Of a DNA stretch of 64,000 nt, positions 61,291-64,000 are shown one piece after another. How positions within the stretch are numbered: the stretch's first letter is position 1; each line of letters begins with the position of its first letter. The DNA comes from Piedraia hortae CBS 480.64. Lineage: Eukaryota. The notes beneath the pieces were generated by a model, which was given only the letters and a program-made list of their open reading frames with translations, ran no database searches and was not told where the DNA came from. Both the position numbers and the translations under genes were made by a program. The stretch is from positions 1 through 64,000 of the forward strand of contig MU005995.1 in assembly GCA_010093745.1 (NCBI GenBank), in the 5' to 3' direction.

Positions 61291-62284
61291 GGGTACTTTG
61301 CCAGAAACTGTTGATAGACATGAGTAGACCAGACAAATTGTGTGCAAATAGTTGTGAGGATCACCGAATTGAATGGTTGACGCGATAGGACAGATGCAAG
61401 TTGGTAGAAAGACTGGACGTCAAGGCGACGCCATCCACCGCTGCTCTATACAGGCCACGGAGGCCAGCCTACAAAGAACCGCTGAGTACACAGCACAATT
61501 GGGGATACACAGGCAGAGAGACACGAAGCCACTGATACCATCTACTTACATTACCGATACACCTTCTCCGCGACGCCGCCAACCGCCACGCCGGCGATGA
61601 AAGTGTGAAGGACATCAAAAATTACGCCGCCCAGGCCCCCGAAGGAGACTGGCGCCATGTCCTTGCCGCGCTGTGCAATGCAGAAGGCCACGACGGAAGG
61701 AGGAGATGCTTGAGCCTCCCCTTCGCAACAAGGTAAGTATGAAGAAAGAAGAAAAGGAAGAGGAGCAAGAACCTCTTAAGAGCGAGGGCGAACGCGCTAG
61801 CACGGACCATGCAGGGGTTTGGCCAATGAGAAGTGGTGCTAATGCGGCAGGGCGGAATGACGAAGTGCCATGGTGATGATGTCACATGTGATCAACGTCG
61901 CGGGATGGTTGAAAGTCATCTGAGAGGTAGAGGGCTCGGGATTCACTTATCTTTTCGTGAGGCCAAGATTTGATAAGGGCTACTTGTCTTGAGGTGTGGA
62001 AACGATGAACACGATAAGGAGATGTGCGGGGGTACGATATGCATTGCAAGAGTGCTGTTTGCTATTGAATACCTCAACACGTAGATTCATGATCATGAAT
62101 ACAGGGTGTGAACCCCTCTCCAACCTTCAGTGTGTAGTTAGAAAGGCATCGTCATCTGTTTACGCTTCATCAACCGTCCCAGTCTTATTTCACCATCACC
62201 TTTGCCAACCTTCTCAATGCACGCCAATCCCCTTCGTCAACTGACTGAAAATCCCCAAGGTCGATGGAATGCATTGCTCCCTGA

Positions 62285-62617
62285 GCCACCTTCGGTCTCT
62301 TTGGGCACAGCCACCTTCTTGACCGCACCAACGGCAAACGACGGCAGCTATGGCGGAGTTGAGAAGCGACCAGAGGCATCGTTCATGCCCATGTTTGAGA
62401 TTGTAATGGTGCCGCCCCGGTATTCCTTCGGCTTTAGTTTGCAATTCCTGGCACGCTTACTGAGATCCTTGATTGTTGCAAGAATCAGCCTTGAAGGTAG
62501 TAGGCTGGGGAGGGTTGATGACAGCCTTGAATCGGTCAGTGGCATCATTCATACCCATGTTGGATGTTGTAATAGTGCTACCCTGGTAATCCTCCGGCTT
62601 TAGCTTGCCGTCTCTGG
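62285..62617 (-). pseudogene. LAT1: Two overlapping-content fragments of pyruvate dehydrogenase E2 (catalytic domain)
   Basis: [33 protein letters not shown] (62617-62500) and [42 protein letters not shown] (62490-62285). Confidence 0.85.
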
Positions 62618-62619
62618 TA

Positions 62620-63670
62620 CCTGTGAGGACCACATGTACCGTATTGGTGTGACCCATTCCTCCACGCCACCCCTGGACGCAGATGACGGTATCTCCTTTT
62701 GCCACCACGTCCGACTTGATGGCATTCATATCGTCCCATTGAGCTGCTGAGCCACGTCCTCCTTTTTGTGCATTTCTGAAAGTTGGTTTTTCGCCGGAGA
62801 TTGGAAAGGGTAGACACCACGGTAGAGCTGTGAGTACCACGATACAGCCGCGAGTACCAATATGATCTGGCACACACGACGGTACTTCGGAATTAGTCGC
62901 AGGACCTCGCCCCTACCGCTGTCCAGCAAAAGATGACGTTTCTGAAGAGATCGTCAAGCAATGGGTGGCATCTGCATTCCGCTCAGGGAGGCGTTCGCTG
63001 CAGCATGTCTCCATGGAGGGAAAGCGGTGAGCAACCACATTGCTCAGCTCGTTGAGTGTCGTGATGTACGGCACAGTCGTCTCTGCCGGCAAGCACATCT
63101 CGTGCATCATGGCCACGGCTTCACCTGCAGTATCCTCCCTTGACCGTCCCAACCGACAGTATCAAGACAGCCTGCTCTGCCAGGTACAGCATTGCTGGCA
63201 TCCCAACCTCAGCATGTCGAGCTGTAAATCATGCTCTCCAACATTTGGGTTGTACAGATGACCTGTTTCCCGGAGAGGTTGCAACGGCAGATCATCATTT
63301 CTTGGGCAATGAAGCCTTGGACTGGCGAGATATCTGCCGAGATTCAACTCCTTCCTCATTTGAGCGGTCGTCACCCCTCCCTTGCGATACTTCTGCTTCA
63401 GATCCACTAGGTTTGAGGAAAGGAGGTTCGACTTTCTTGATACCTTGTGCTTCTCAGTCCGCGAGAACCACCATCACGCCGTACACGAGGTAAGCTGTTC
63501 ACGCCCTGCTGGTTCTCGATCTTGGTGATTATCTGTAGGTCCTTGCCCTCATCGCCCAGAATCTTGCGGATGGCTAGCACGACAACTTTGCCGCGAACGA
63601 ATGAGGCGAAGATCATGTCGACACTGCTCTTCACACCGAACTTTATGTCGGCGTTGTCCTTCTCCGAGAC
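62620..63670 (-). pseudogene. PYK1: Decayed C-terminal half of pyruvate kinase with a ~120-bp unrelated insert
   Basis: [91 protein letters not shown]; frameshifts and stops. Confidence 0.9.
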
Positions 63671-63673
63671 TTA

Positions 63674-64000
63674 TCAACTTTGATGCTCAGGTGAGCCCCA
63701 TATCAGGCCCCATTTCCACGCAGATGCAGCTTTACGCATGGCATCGCCGCGGTCATTCATGGGTGTGATGTGCTCGTAGACCTCATGTGTCAGTCGACGA
63801 CTGTATGGGTCGTAGCGGTAGGCCAGCATTGTGGGGTTGTGGATCATGGCGCTTTCCAGTTGAAAATGGTCACCCCTTAGGTACAAGGTGCAGCCCACTT
63901 GCTGGTCCTTGGACAAGCGAGGAGACGTGCAGCCGATGATCTCACCCTTAGAGAGCGGGGCTTTCTGCGGCACGACGACATTGTAGCCCGCTGCTCTCAG
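63674..64000 (-). pseudogene. DPH1: Internal fragment of diphthamide synthesis protein Dph1 (continues past the window end)
   Basis: PQKAPLSKGEIIGCTSP..FQLESAMIHNP..AYRYDPYSR..KWGLIWGS; conserved GDGRFH and LGRQG decayed; truncated at the PYK junction. Confidence 0.85.

Overview
Eukaryotic (filamentous ascomycete-type) DNA with two alternating compartments. (1) Very compact, intron-poor housekeeping blocks at about 11.9-21.3 kb, 40.6-43.7 kb and 48-61.3 kb: PET8/SAM5, DPH6, UPF3, a WD40 protein, UBA2, a secreted CBM18/lysozyme-like protein, NMD3, a P450, UMP1, a UBL3-like protein, QNG1, MCH1, TYW1 and PRP43. (2) Decayed accessory blocks at about 0-11.5, 21.5-40, 44-48 and 61.4-64 kb. These hold relics of Tad1-like LINEs, Ty1/copia, Ty3/gypsy and hAT elements, relics of telomere-linked-helicase-like (TLH) ORFs with tyrosine-recombinase-like motifs, an F-box-like family (one intact copy beside a divergent Elongin C, several decayed copies), and an orphan small-protein family. 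At the right end is a same-strand mosaic of fragments from unrelated housekeeping genes (DPH1, pyruvate kinase, two LAT1 pieces). Three LINE 3' ends share a covarying stem-loop motif, and two LINE-type insertions keep their target-site duplications. All homology calls come from motif recognition by eye; no searches were run.
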